Shown piece after piece: positions 1 through 11,000 of a DNA stretch of 64,000 bases; within the stretch, counting starts at the first letter, position 1; the number at the start of each line of letters is the position of its first letter. The position numbers and the translations under genes were made by a program. The notes beneath the pieces are model-generated. The model made no database searches, was not told the origin of the DNA, and worked only from the letters and a program-made list of their open reading frames with translations. This stretch comes from a virus: positions 1 through 64,000 of IMG/VR virus record IMGVR_UViG_3300028025_006190; one strand, given 5' to 3'.

Positions 1-2
1 GA

Positions 3-3000
3 TCTGGAGGAGGCGGAGGAACACCTCCACCGCCCCCACCACCCGGAGGAGGGGGAGGGGAGACCCCTCCCGACGGTGGCGGAGGCACGGGACCGACTGA
101 CTCCGGAACTGGCGAGGCTTCATACCGTACGGGTACCCCTGGGGACGTAAATTTTCCTGAAACCGTAATTGTCAAAGATGAGTTCACTGGTGAAGCAGAG
201 CTTTATGACTACATTGACGGTGTTGGTTACGTTGGTCGTGACTCGGGACTCGTGATTAGTGATGAAGATCTCCGTGCTGAGGCGATCTTTGGTAATGTCA
301 CCGACACAAAGAACAACGATGTCACCGTAGGAGACACAGACACAACGTCTACAGAAGATGAAGAGGCCAAAAAGAGAGCCGCAGCCGATGAAGCTAAGGC
401 CGAGGCTGAGAGACAGGCTGCAGAAGCCGAAAGAGCCGCTGAGTCAGAAAGACAGCTCGAAGAAGACCGCAAAAGGAGAGCAGAAAAACTCGAAGCGGAG
501 CGTCAGCGTAATGCCAAGCAGCTTGACATGCCTGTCGATGAGTCTAAGTACGACGTAGAGGGGTGGGAGCGACCAGACCACGATCCGAACCTTGCTCAGG
601 AGCTTGTAGATAATTCCCAAGCCGAGACAGAAAAAATTATAGAAAAGTACGGCATTACTTCACCCGAATATAGAGACCAAGACGACAGAGCAAAGGCACT
701 ACTTACTGCTGCAGGCACTATTAAGAAACTTGCGGAGGCTGTTAAGTTTGAATATCTAACCTCAAGAATCTATCGACTAGGCAACATCGAAGTTGTTTTT
801 TCGAGGGACTACACCCCCGAGGCAATCAAAAAAGTACTGGCGCAGGTAAAAGAACTTCAAGAAAAGTTCCCCATCAACAAGCCCGACGGATCAGTTACCC
901 GTATCTGGGTCCACGACGGCGATGCCAAAGATCTGGCAGGAGGTCTTACTACTGCAAATGGAGACATCATTCTCCCACTTAAGGCTAGTAACCTAAACAA
1001 CCCCGACTTCATCCCCGCACAAAGTCTCCCCTCACGGCAGAATCTGATGCCAGCATTTGTTGAGCTGGCGGACCGGGGCGAGTGGTTCAAGTACCCGCTC
1101 ACACACGAGTGGGGTCACGCTCTCGCTATGGTGCCTGGTGGTCCGTACATCTACAACAACGTTGTACAAGAATTTTATCAATTCCTCAAAGACAACCCAG
1201 ACTTTGCAGAAACTCTTGAGGGCTACGCCAAGAAAAATATTACTGAAGCAACAGCAGAAGTATTTGCTCAGTGGTACCTCCAAAATAATGGCGTCTCGGC
1301 CAGTATGGATATTCCACAAGAAGCCATTGACATCATTCTTAGCAATAAAAAGAAAGCACCCGAAGGCGCTGGAGACCTATCTACCGTTACGCTACCTGCT
1401 GGCTGGGAAATTGGCGATGAGAAAGATATAGACGTACATATCGGTGGCCTGAAGAATCTTATTAAGCTCCAGGAAGACAGGCTAGAAAACCTATCTGGTG
1501 CAGAGCCAGACGCTGTTGTCGCCATCAGTATGGATGTTGGAGAGAAGATTATCGAGCTTGAGGCAATCATCTCGACAATTGAGGACAATAAAGAGTACCT
1601 AAAACCAATAAGTGTCGTGTCATTCAGTGGCGGTCCGATCGCAAAAATAGCCCCAAGATATGGAAGATGGGAATCCAAAAAAGATGGTGTTTTGTTGCTT
1701 GTCGATTCTCGGATGTCAGTTGATCAAATCAACGAGTTCCTTCAAAATGTAGATAACTTACGTAGTAGATTTGCTTTGACTTTCATCAGACCAGAAGACT
1801 CAACCGTATTCATCACTCTCATAGATGCTAAATCACCTGCAAGTGTGGACGCAAACAAGCTCTCCCCAACAGAGGGGACAATCCCATCTATAGGAAACCC
1901 GCTTACTAGTAATCTAGTAATTTTTGCAGATGGTGCATCTACCCTTAGAGATCAACTACGCCTGTCTGCCAATGTTAGAGAAGAGAATCCCTCACATGGT
2001 GACTCTTTTGCTGCACTAAATGAGCAAGGTAAGTGGTATCTGCACGAACTTGTAACCACCTGGGCCCGGAACCTGCCAAACAATGGCAACAGAAGAACAA
2101 TCTCTTCTGACCTGATCAACTCATACATAGTACAAAACGATCTCCCATATGCAGACAAGATAAATAAGAGCATGTCTACTGCAAATGTTTTTGATGAAAT
2201 TTTTGCTGACGCATTCTTCTCTGGTGTGGTTCCCGAGTGGATGCCTAGGATCTTTAATGAAGCATCTATTGCTGCACTCACAGCAGATCACGAAACTTAT
2301 GTACAAAAATCTGTAAAAATATTGCTAAGACTTTCTAACGGTCGTACTGTCCCGAGCCCAACTTCATCCGTACTCAGTAGCAGAGCTAGAAGACTTGTTG
2401 GTGCACTCCCCGGATTTATAGATGTGAGCGAGATTATCCCACGATCCACCACATGGACTCTAGGTATTGATAGCAATGAAATCGAGAAACTCCAGAAGGC
2501 GGCAGTCGAAAGAGAACTGGAAAGATGGAAAAACTACCCAGGAAACTTTAATAGTGGTATTAACATCAATACCATTCGACGTTGGATGAATGAAGAACAT
2601 GAAAAGTTTCATAGAGAAGTAATAAAAACTAGAAACAGATATTCTAGCCCCGGCGGCTCCGTTGTCTCCTTCCCCCCAGAAACTAATCAGGCAGTCGTTG
2701 ATCGGATGCTTAATCTGATCTCGTTCTTGGAAGAAAAAATGCCTATCTCGACGGGCCAAAAAGTTGTATTTTTGAATAGAGAAAGTAAATCAGAGCTGGC
2801 CCACTCATTCTATGGCCCCACCATCGAGGCATATCAAGATGTACACATGTTTGATTCTCAATTTGTGCTCGGTAATACTCTGCCACTACTTGGAGAAACT
2901 GAAAAAACTCCCTTCCACCCGCCGTCTAACTTTGTCCTGCCACAGGACATAACAACAATAATCCATGAGTGGATACACGCAAAAGACACAGACATGCCGG

Positions 3001-6000
3001 GGTCAGCAGACTATGCCTACAGGCCACCAAGATCTAGAAGAGAAAGAGTACTTAGAGCGCAATCAAATAAGTTGCGCAAACTCCTTAATGATAATAGGGG
3101 GTGGGCGAGTAAGTACCTTCCCTCGCGATATTCAGAAAAAACATACATGGAGTTCCTCGCTGAGCTAGGTCAGCAAGTTTTTGCTGAAGACTTCTTTGGA
3201 GCACCTAGAATTAGTCGTCCGCAGGAGCTTACGGACATAATCCGTGAGATGTACTCTCCAGAGGCTCGTGCCGAGGTTGAGGCTGCTCAGGCGCAAGGCA
3301 ATTTGCCAGACCCCGACTCAGAGATGAACATGCCGGGACTTGACAGCACTGCAACTCACTACGTTGCCACAGACGGTAATTATGGGGACGCTAGGGATAT
3401 TGCAATAGTGGATGCGTCTAAGTTTACTAATGACGACTGGGAGACAGTAGAAGCAGCTGACCCAGAAGAGCGCCCCGGTGTGGCTAGCATGCTTGCTTAC
3501 ATGCTCGGCTCTACCGGTACTCCAACACACTACGTGTCTCGGGATGGGAGTTATGGAGACGCTCGCAATATTGTATTTGTTGATGCTTCCATGTTCACCG
3601 AAGGCGACTGGGAAACAATTAATGAAGTGGATCCCAACCTAAGAGGCGAAAGAGCCACACTGCTCGAACAGATGTACAACAATGGGGGCCTCCCATCACC
3701 CGACGACGAGATGAACATGCTCAACGTTGAAGATGAAGATAGTGCCGACACGAACATCTGGGAACCAGTCTGGGAAGAGGTCGGCAGTTCAGAGATCCCC
3801 ACACTTGACCGCACTAGAGGGCAGATTATAAAAGAGTACGCGTCTAAGGTTCTTGGCGAGTCTCTTGTTGAAAAGGGAATTACTCAGGAGCAGCTTGGTG
3901 AGTTCCTCTACCTCAAAGTTATGCCTACGGATGGACTAGATCTTGAGGATATCTACAGACCCCAGGAGGGTGACACAGTTGATGCTGATCTTTCTGCAGT
4001 TATTAAGGTAGATTCCGAAGGTAACTGGAAAATTGAAAAACTGAGTAGATTCCTAGATCGAAACGGTCTAGACACAGGATACGATTTCGGAGCTGTTCCT
4101 CGTGATTTTGTTGATTCCGTGATTGAGGAAAATGCAAAACCAAATGAGACACTGGCTCTCTCTGGAACACCAGACGGACTTCGAGCTCTCGCTATTGCAG
4201 CAGCATCCATTGAGCTAAAAGATTGGGCACAGATTCTTAGTGGATCTGGTCAGGCACTCAGAAAAGACATTCAGCGTGCTGTCATAGAAATGTTCCCGGG
4301 GACTCTCAATGACCCAGACCTAATTAGAGAGTTCAACAACTTTAATATGTCTGCAAAAGAGATTGACCCAGTGACGATGGCTCTTGCCGAGTCTATGTAT
4401 GACATGACCCAAGAGTTTTTCCGTAGCCGGGGCATCTCGAACGTTACTATTTATCGTGGTGCCGGGAACATCCCAGAAGATATTCTTGACAATCTTGATG
4501 ACGCTAATGGAGTTCTTGCCAACCAGCAGCTTGTCACATTCCCGATCTCTTCTTGGACCACGGATCAGGACATGGCCTGGGACTTTGCACAGAGCTCGAG
4601 CGACTCCGTTGTGATGAGACGTAACGTTCCCGTTTCTGAGATCTTTGCCATTCCACTTAACGGTGTTGGAACATACGGCGAGCAGGAGCTTGTCACACTA
4701 GGTGGCACAATCAACGCTGACATCCAGGATTCTTCTCTATTTAGTGAGAACAACTGGCCAGAAGATGTCCCGGTATCGCCAGATGCCGAGATGAATATGC
4801 CTAGCGTTGATGGCGAAGAGCCCTACACGATGTCCTCTAAGTCATTTGATCGGCTGCTCCCACCAGACAGCCTTAACGAAGATGATGATGTTAATCCATA
4901 TCTTATGGAGGTCCCTGAGGCAGAAGAACTTATTCGCACACTCAAAAGTAACCTAGAAGGAAAAACTTTTGGACGGGATGGTCTCACTGTTGGAGAAATA
5001 ACGGTAGAACCATTTGAGTCTGTTGACCGAGATGTTGATGAGCTGGTACAAGGTATTAGGTACTCTTTTGAGGTGCTACAGAACGGAGCACGTGTCGGCT
5101 ATGTTTCTGAGGAAATTTATAGATATGAAGCATTCCCCGAAAAAATATATGAATCATTTAGTGTATTCCTAGAGGCAAAAAGTACTGGATTCACCACCGA
5201 GTGGCGTAAAGCAGCAGATAAGCTACACCGCCAGCTTGGGGTAGATGTGTCTGAAATATATGCTGTGGATGATGGATCTTGGTATTGGGCAATGAACGGC
5301 TATGGGTGGGTCGGAAGCGAAGAAACTCCTAGTCAGCTAGTAACATCTACAAGCGTTATTGATGCTGTTGAACAAGAAATGGACCTAGCAGAAAAAGCTG
5401 GAAGACTCGAAGACTTTAGAGCATTAAAAGAAATTAATGATCAACTTCTTGAAATGAATGGGACTAAACCATTTAACAAGGGAGAATACGTAACTCCTAG
5501 AGATATTGCTTCTCTAGTGTCAGAGGATGGTTCTAGTCTCGGTAGAACTATTATGCTTAACACGCCCTGGAATGCCGTCCTTAATATCCAAGAGGATCTC
5601 CCAGATCCCGGTGCAGAAATGAACATGCCTGACGTTCAGGGTCAAAGCAGCGAGTCAGTTAGTAAATCAAATGCTCCCGAGCCCGCGAGTGATCGCCAGT
5701 CAAAGGATGTCGCTCCTAGAAATGATGGATCCTCAAAGAGCATCGACAAGATTGATGAAATCTACCCAGCCGATATCAAAGACCCGGCCATTCAGATGAT
5801 CTATAACGACGGTGGAGACCAGGTTTTTGGTGAAGAGTCGTTTAGACAGATCAATGAAGTATTTGGTAATCCGAGACACCCAGTAATTATCTATAAAGCT
5901 GTGTCGGACAATGTGAACTCTATTGTCAGAGGAAACTCAGTTACTCTATCTAAGTCCCTCGCTGAGCAACAAGCTAAAGATATGTTTTTTTCAGATTTAG

Positions 6001-7358
6001 ATGAAGAAGAACGGATGTACCCTTTTGGGACAAAAGTTATATCTCGACAGGTTGAAGCTAGAGATGTGTTCACAGATGGCAACTCAATCCTTAACTGGGG
6101 ATATGACCCGATTGACACGCTAGAGCTCCCCGATCAGGTGCCCGCTGAAACACCGGCTGCCGGTACAGTAGACAATTTCCAGGACGGAATCGAACGTATC
6201 TACGATCCTGCATCTGAGCTAGTCCTTGAGGGCGAGTCAGACGTCATGAATGACAGCGCAATTCTTAAGCAAAGTGTTGCTGATCGAATCAGAGACATCA
6301 TGCGTGAGAAAGGCATCACGTGGACTCAGGCACGTGAACTACTACTAAATATGGTACTTGCAGATAAATTAAATATGAGTCAAGGCTCATTTGACGACAG
6401 CTGGCCAGATTTCGAGGACTTCCTTATGGGTGTCTCCCCAGACTATGACGCACAGAATGCCCAATTTGATGATCTAAATGTAGTCACCGCCCAATGGGGA
6501 GAGCCGCAAGTTTGGTCCGTAGATGAGTACACTAGCTGGGCCAAGCGTGCATACAACCTAGATATAGACGAGCGGACTCTAGATGGTCTTAGAGATCTTA
6601 TAAAAAGAGTAGAAGCTGCCTTTAATAAACAAGAATCAGAAAATGATCAACGTATAGGAAGAACCACCACACCAAACTATCGAGGTGCCGTCTACGGAAC
6701 ACCAGAGGCGGAAGATGTTCTTTTCTCTCTGGCAACCTCTGGCCTACTATCTACCTGGGCCTACACCTCGGTAGATGGGGTGATTGCTCCGGCTATGCAA
6801 AGCATTGTTGCAGATATGTTTGGAGTCGAGAACAAAATAGAAGCAGACAATATTGACCGTGATTTTTATGATGAGTATATGGATTTTAAGAATGCAAATC
6901 TAACAACACTCACCGCAGCAATAGAAGCCATGTATGAGTCCACTCAAGAGTTCTTCCGTAGCCAAGGAATTACGCATGTACGGGCGCATCGAGGGATTCA
7001 ACTCTCCCTAGACTCAATGGAAAATGAAGATTTGACTGATTCGGATAAGAAAATACTTGAAGATATAAAACAAGCACAAGCTAATCCCGAGTCCTTTGAT
7101 TTCACACACTATCCGCTCTCGTCTTGGTCATTTGATCCAGACCAGGCAGTTAGATTTGCCAACATGGATCTGACTAAGTTTCTGAGAAGACGTGGTGTAG
7201 TCATGGTAACTATCGTCCCAATCGAAGACATTTTTTCTCTTCCCTATTTCGGCCTCGGGGCCCTAGATGAGTATGAACTTGTTCTTGTTGGAAACCAACT
7301 CAGGCTTGTCCAGATCGTAGATGTCACCCCAGACGAGTACAGAGACTACGAGAACTAA
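3..7358 (+). CDS. Giant polyvalent effector / minor head-associated protein, 5'-truncated by the window edge (zincin metallopeptidase x2-3, tandem repeat module, ADP-ribosyltransferase x2 plus one degenerate ART-like domain, GNAT-like domain)
   Basis: The frame of the 252..7358 ORF stays open to the left edge (SGGGGGTPPPPPPPGGGG...). HExxH motifs: THEWGH (~1101) and IHEWIH (~2961). ART R-S-E triads: TIYRG/SSWT/EQE (4446-4690) and AHRGI/SSWS/EYE (6984-7280). GNAT-like STGF...LGV...AVDDGSWYWAMNGY (5180-5305). It lies directly upstream of the head genes. Confidence 0.8.
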   Translation, partial: SGGGGGTPPPPPPPGGGGGETPPDGGGGTGPTDSGTGEASYRTGTPGDVNFPETVIVKDEFTGEAELYDYIDGVGYVGRDSGLVISDEDLRAEAIFGNVTDTKNNDVTVGDTDTTSTEDEEAKKRAAADEAKAEAERQAAEAERAAESERQLEEDRKRRAEKLEAERQRNAKQLDMPVDESKYDVEGWERPDHDPNLAQELVDNSQAETEKIIEKYGITSPEYRDQDDRAKALLTAAGTIKKLAEAVKFEYLTSRIYRLGNIEVVFSRDYTPEAIKKVLAQVKELQEKFPINKPDGSVTRIWVHDGDAKDLAGGLTTANGDIILPLKASNLNNPDFIPAQSLPSRQNLMPAFVELADRGEWFKYPLTHEWGHALAMVPGGPYIYNNVVQEFYQFLKDNPDFAETLEGYAKKNITEATAEVFAQWYLQNNGVSASMDIPQEAIDIILSNKKKAPEGAGDLSTVTLPAGWEIGDEKDIDVHIGGLKNLIKLQEDRLENLSGAEPDAVVAISMDVGEKIIELEAIISTIEDNKEYLKPISVVSFSGGPIAKIAPRYGRWESKKDGVLLLVDSRMSVDQINEFLQNVDNLRSRFALTFIRPEDSTVFITLIDAKSPASVDANKLSPTEGTIPSIGNPLTSNLVIFADGASTLRDQLRLSANVREENPSHGDSFAALNEQGKWYLHELVTTWARNLPNNGNRRTISSDLINSYIVQNDLPYADKINKSMSTANVFDEIFADAFFSGVVPEWMPRIFNEASIAALTADHETYVQKSVKILLRLSNGRTVPSPTSSVLSSRARRLVGALPGFIDVSEIIPRSTTWTLGIDSNEIEKLQKAAVERELERWKNYPGNFNSGININTIRRWMNEEHEKFHREVIKTRNRYSSPGGSVVSFPPETNQAVVDRMLNLISFLEEKMPISTGQKVVFLNRESKSELAHSFYGPTIEAYQDVHMFDSQFVLGNTLPLLGETEKTPFHPPSNFVLPQDITTIIHEWIHAKDTDMPGSADYAYRPPRSRRERVLRAQSNKLRKLLNDNRGWASKYLPSRYSEKTYMEFLAELGQQVFAEDFFGAPRISRPQELTDIIREMYSPEARAEVEAAQAQGNLPDPDSEMNMPGLDSTATHYVATDGNYGDARDIAIVDASKFTNDDWETVEAADPEERPGVASMLAYMLGSTGTPTHYVSRDGSYGDARNIVFVDASMFTEGDWETINEVDPNLRGERATLLEQMYNNGGLPSPDDEMNMLNVEDEDSADTNIWEPVWEEVGSSEIPTLDRTRGQIIKEYASKVLGESLVEKGITQEQLGEFLYLKVMPTDGLDLEDIYRPQEGDTVDADLSAVIKVDSEGNWKIEKLSRFLDRNGLDTGYDFGAVPRDFVDSVIEENAKPNETLALSGTPDGLRALAIAAASIELKDWAQILSGSGQALRKDIQRAVIEMFPGTLNDPDLIREFNNFNMSAKEIDPVTMALAESMYDMTQEFFRSRGISNVTIYRGAGNIPEDILDNLDDANGVLANQQLVTFPISSWTTDQDMAWDFAQSSSDSVVMRRNVPVSEIFAIPLNGVGTYGEQELVTLGGTINADIQDSSLFSENNWPEDVPVSPDAEMNMPSVDGEEPYTMSSKSFDRLLPPDSLNEDDDVNPYLMEVPEAEELIRTLKSNLEGKTFGRDGLTVGEITVEPFESVDRDVDELVQGIRYSFEVLQNGARVGYVSEEIYRYEAFPEKIYESFSVFLEAKSTGFTTEWRKAADKLHRQLGVDVSEIYAVDDGSWYWAMNGYGWVGSEETPSQLVTSTSVIDAVEQEMDLAEKAGRLEDFRALKEINDQLLEMNGTKPFNKGEYVTPRDIASLVSEDGSSLGRTIMLNTPWNAVLNIQEDLPDPGAEMNMPDVQGQSSESVSKSNAPEPASDRQSKDVAPRNDGSSKSIDKIDEIYPADIKDPAIQMIYNDGGDQVFGEESFRQINEVFGNPRHPVIIYKAVSDNVNSIVRGNSVTLSKSLAEQQAKDMFFSDLDEEERMYPFGTKVISRQVEARDVFTDGNSILNWGYDPIDTLELPDQVPAETPAAGTVDNFQDGIERIYDPASELVLEGESDVMNDSAILKQSVADRIRDIMREKGITWTQARELLLNMVLADKLNMSQGSFDDSWPDFEDFLMGVSPDYDAQNAQFDDLNVVTAQWGEPQVWSVDEYTSWAKRAYNLDIDERTLDGLRDLIKRVEAAFNKQESENDQRIGRTTTPNYRGAVYGTPEAEDVLFSLATSGLLSTWAYTSVDGVIAPAMQSIVADMFGVENKIEADNIDRDFYDEYMDFKNANLTTLTAAIEAMYESTQEFFRSQGITHVRAHRGIQLSLDSMENEDLTDSDKKILEDIKQAQANPESFDFTHYPLSSWSFDPDQAVRFANMDLTKFLRRRGVVMVTIVPIEDIFSLPYFGLGALDEYELVLVGNQLRLVQIVDVTPDEYRDYEN
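3355..3675 (+). repeat. Two tandem ~55-aa repeats (THYVxxDGxYGDARxIxxVDASxFTxxDWET...) inside the giant ORF
   Basis: THYVATDGNYGDARDIAIVDASKFTNDDWETVE versus THYVSRDGSYGDARNIVFVDASMFTEGDWETIN. Confidence 0.9.
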
Positions 7359-7401
7359 ATATGTTGCTAGACTTATACATAACTGATTTAGGAGAACTTT
7401 A

Positions 7402-7668
7402 GTGGTTTACAATATTGACTCAGATCCAGTCAACGCCAATTGGCTACGGAGAAAGCAGCGCTGGAGTATTCCTGCGGAAAACATCGCTCAGCTTTTTGAG
7501 TATCTAGGTGTCCTCGATCAGCCACGGGAAGTTCAGTACGAAACTCTACAAAAGTTTATGGCTACAGATACATACGGACCATCCCCACTACTCCTCAAGC
7601 AGCAGGCTGACGAGTTTATTAATGGCTTTGAGCTAGAAGACGTATCACAGGAGTTGAAGGAAAAATGA
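7402..7668 (+). CDS. Hypothetical protein
   Basis: AGGAG RBS before a GTG start; 88 aa; overlaps the next ORF (ATGA). Confidence 0.7.
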   Translation: MVYNIDSDPVNANWLRRKQRWSIPAENIAQLFEYLGVLDQPREVQYETLQKFMATDTYGPSPLLLKQQADEFINGFELEDVSQELKEK

Positions 7669-7970
7669 TCCCCGCAGAGTATTTCTATGACCCCGACGAG
7701 AACGAGGCACGGGCAGCCGAGGAGAGCACTCCGCTAAGCGAGCTCTCTGACGGCATCATCTCCATCGGTGCTGCGTATGGCATCCCTTCGCACGTGCGAG
7801 AGTTCATTCGTCGGAACATCCCCGATTCCGGGATGCCTACCGAAGAACAAATTGACCTTCAGTATGAAGGCGCACGAGAGATGTTCAATGAACGATTTAA
7901 TCAAGCAATTGGTGCTGAACTAGACCCAGAAGTTGTCAACAATGGTGAAGAAATTGATCCGGAGCAATAA
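7665..7970 (+). CDS. Hypothetical acidic protein
   Basis: GAAGGA RBS; ATGA coupling to the previous gene. Confidence 0.7.
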   Translation: MIPAEYFYDPDENEARAAEESTPLSELSDGIISIGAAYGIPSHVREFIRRNIPDSGMPTEEQIDLQYEGAREMFNERFNQAIGAELDPEVVNNGEEIDPEQ

Positions 7971-8062
7971 ATACTCAATGTTATATAAAAAGGGTAAGAT
8001 AGAAAGATACAACAACACCTTTGTAGCGCCTGTTCTCATGAGTTTCGGAGACACTAAAGTCA

Positions 8063-11000
8063 ATGGCTAATTTTGTTGGCAGATCTGGATCACTTCTGCT
8101 TTTCGTCCTAGACGACAGAGGTGTAGTTGTCGATTCTGATGTAAACCTTATTGTTGCATCCGGCAAGGCTGAGCCTCTGCAAAGCTCTCGCAGCTGGGCC
8201 CCCGGAGAGTTCTCCGAAGAATCCCATGACCTAGCAGACTCGGGTCTTTCTTTTGTTGACCTATCTATTACAGCAGACGGTAGTCGGATGTACACCATCC
8301 CCAAAGCCGCCCAAGCTGAAGCTAAGAAAGCTCTTGAGTGGAGAAAAGAAGAAGGCCGTGGCGGTACGTCTGTCGGTATCAACACTGCTCGTACGCTTGC
8401 TAAGGGTGGACAGATCGGTATCGAGAAGGTCCGCCACATTTCAAAGTATTTTGCTCGTCACGAAGTTGACAAAAAGGGCAAGGGCTGGAAACCAGCTCAA
8501 GACGGGTTCCCATCCAACGGCCGTATCGCGTGGGCACTCTGGGGTGGTGACGCTGCATGGCGTTGGGCCCGTGCCATCGTTGAGCGTGAAAACAAAAAAT
8601 CCATTACAGCAGACGGATACGGCATTGCCGAGGGTAGATATGACTATGGCTACCCCACAGCTCCATACGAGCTTGATGACTTTAAGGTCGCCCAAGAGGC
8701 CGAAGACATGGTCATACCAGAGTTCCTTGCTCGAGTTCGCCTCGACGGATCTGGTTTTGATCGACTCTACAAAATTGATCTCGACGGCAATGTCTATGTC
8801 TGGGATGACGGTGTTTGGGATAATCTCGGCTACAGCGGAAAAGATATCTGGGTCTATGACAATGAGCTCGACGACCCCGCAGATGCCAGAGTAGAGAAGT
8901 CGCACATTGTTATTGACCCGTCCTCTGCTATTACGATTGCAGCTCGACTCCTCAATAACCCGTATAGATTTGTTACACTGGAACAAATTGACGCAGCGGA
9001 AGCAGATCTTGCTAACGAAGCAATCCCACACATTGACTGGGAGATCGTTGAGCGCGGAATGCTCGCTGCCGGTGAAATAGATCCGGGGGACGGCATCTAC
9101 ACCGAAGAGGAGCGTTCCGCGAACGCCTCGAAACAGGTCCGTGACGCCACGGGCAAGTTTACAACAACCGGTTCTAGAGTTATGATCGGCGGCGACGCAA
9201 GAAGAGGTCTCGGTCAGATCACTAAAATAAATCCCGGACAAAATACCGTTGAGGTCAAACTAGATAACGGCAAGACCGTCACTGTTCCCGGTAACGCTGT
9301 AGAGGACGCTCCTGATGAGCAGTTTGACTCAACGGCTGGCGGACCAGCTGTGTCGTCTAGAATTGATACGAGCGGAATTCTTGGTGAGCCTAGAACACCA
9401 ATTAATAGCGTTAAAGCTCAGCTACCTGGGACTCTCCCAGCTATGACTGACGGTGACCTAAAAGAGATGCTCTCCAATTGGCCAGCATGGGTAAACAAGC
9501 AACGATCTGAGTTCAAGCCGGCATCTTCGAGAGGGCCTGTCCCGGTTCAAGGCAAGAACAGCCTTGATATCGGTAACTGGGGTCGTTCTTTCGAGAAAGA
9601 GACTGGTAAGCAGCTCATCAAGAATGCCTACGACCACCCGCTACTGAACAGATGGCTGAATAGTCAAAATACTGCCGGCGAGTACCCAAACAGAGCTTGG
9701 TACAACCCAATTACGGCAGCTGTTAAGGGAGAGCCCGAAAAGGCTGTATCGCCAGAGACAACAGATGTTCAACCTATTTACATGGCCGTTGTTGACAAGG
9801 ATGACCCTAGAGCAGTTCTCGAGCTCGTAGCTATTGTTCCTGCTAGCGACAAGTCTAGCTCCGCGATGACGTACAAGCGAAATGAAGGTAAGTGGGTCCG
9901 CGACACAAAGACCCTTCAGGATCTTAAGTCGGCTACACCACCACCAGTTGTTCCTCTTGACACAGACACACTCCAGGATGTCCTCAAGCAGGTTGACCAG
10001 ACTCAAGGTGTAACAGCTTCTCTCATTATGTCTGTCCTCTTTGGGCCAACGCTTCTCGCTGCTGGCGGCCTAGACCGCAACCGTGGGAACGCAGAGAAGC
10101 TTAGAAGATATTGGACAGTTGGTAAGGGTGCTGCAAAGATTCGCTGGGGCACACCTGGAGACTGGAAGCGTTGCGTACGTCACCTATCTAAGTACATGGG
10201 TGTTCGCTCGAAGGGCTACTGCCAGCTACGCCACAAGGAAGTTACTGGTGTCTACACGGGCAGCAAACTTAACCCCGGTAACGAGAACTCGATCAACGAA
10301 GCTGGCTCTGGTATTCCCGAAGAAGTACTGTACGGGATGCCCGAGAGCATGATTCAATATGAAATCCCCAAGATCGATCTTGAGATGACTCTGGATGAGA
10401 TTATCCGAGAAGAAGATGATCTATATGACGACAGCTGGGACCCCGAGGAAGAAATTGTAGAACAGCTCAGGGTTCTTGGATCATGCGATGACAGGCAGTA
10501 CGCACTTCTTGCAGCTGGTGGCCTAGATCGTAACCAAGGCAAGGCCGAGGAGCTTCGTCGGTATTGGACTGTCGGCAAGGGTGGAGCAAAAATCCGCTGG
10601 GGAACTCCAGGGGATTGGACTCGTTGTGTTCGGAACCTGTCTAAGTACCTAGGAACACGCTCGAAGGGGTATTGCGCCCTCCGACACAAAGAGGTTAATG
10701 GAGTCTGGCCAGGAGAGCAGAACACGAACGAGTATGTCATCATGGCATCCGGCACACGAGTCTCCGCTGATCAAGTTCTTCGCAGTGAAGAGGAGTTCAT
10801 TGCGCTCTCCGAACTGTCTGTCCGATCTGACGTACTAAAGGCTCGAGTAGCTGGTGCATACGGCTTTGTAAAGAGGGCCGGACAAGATGTAAATATCCCA
10901 ACAAACTCCTTCTTCTTCCACAACAGAGCTGAAGTCCCTAGTGGGATGGAAAACACCCTGAAGAGGGAAGAGCCGTTTGATGAGGGTGAGGTTTACATTG

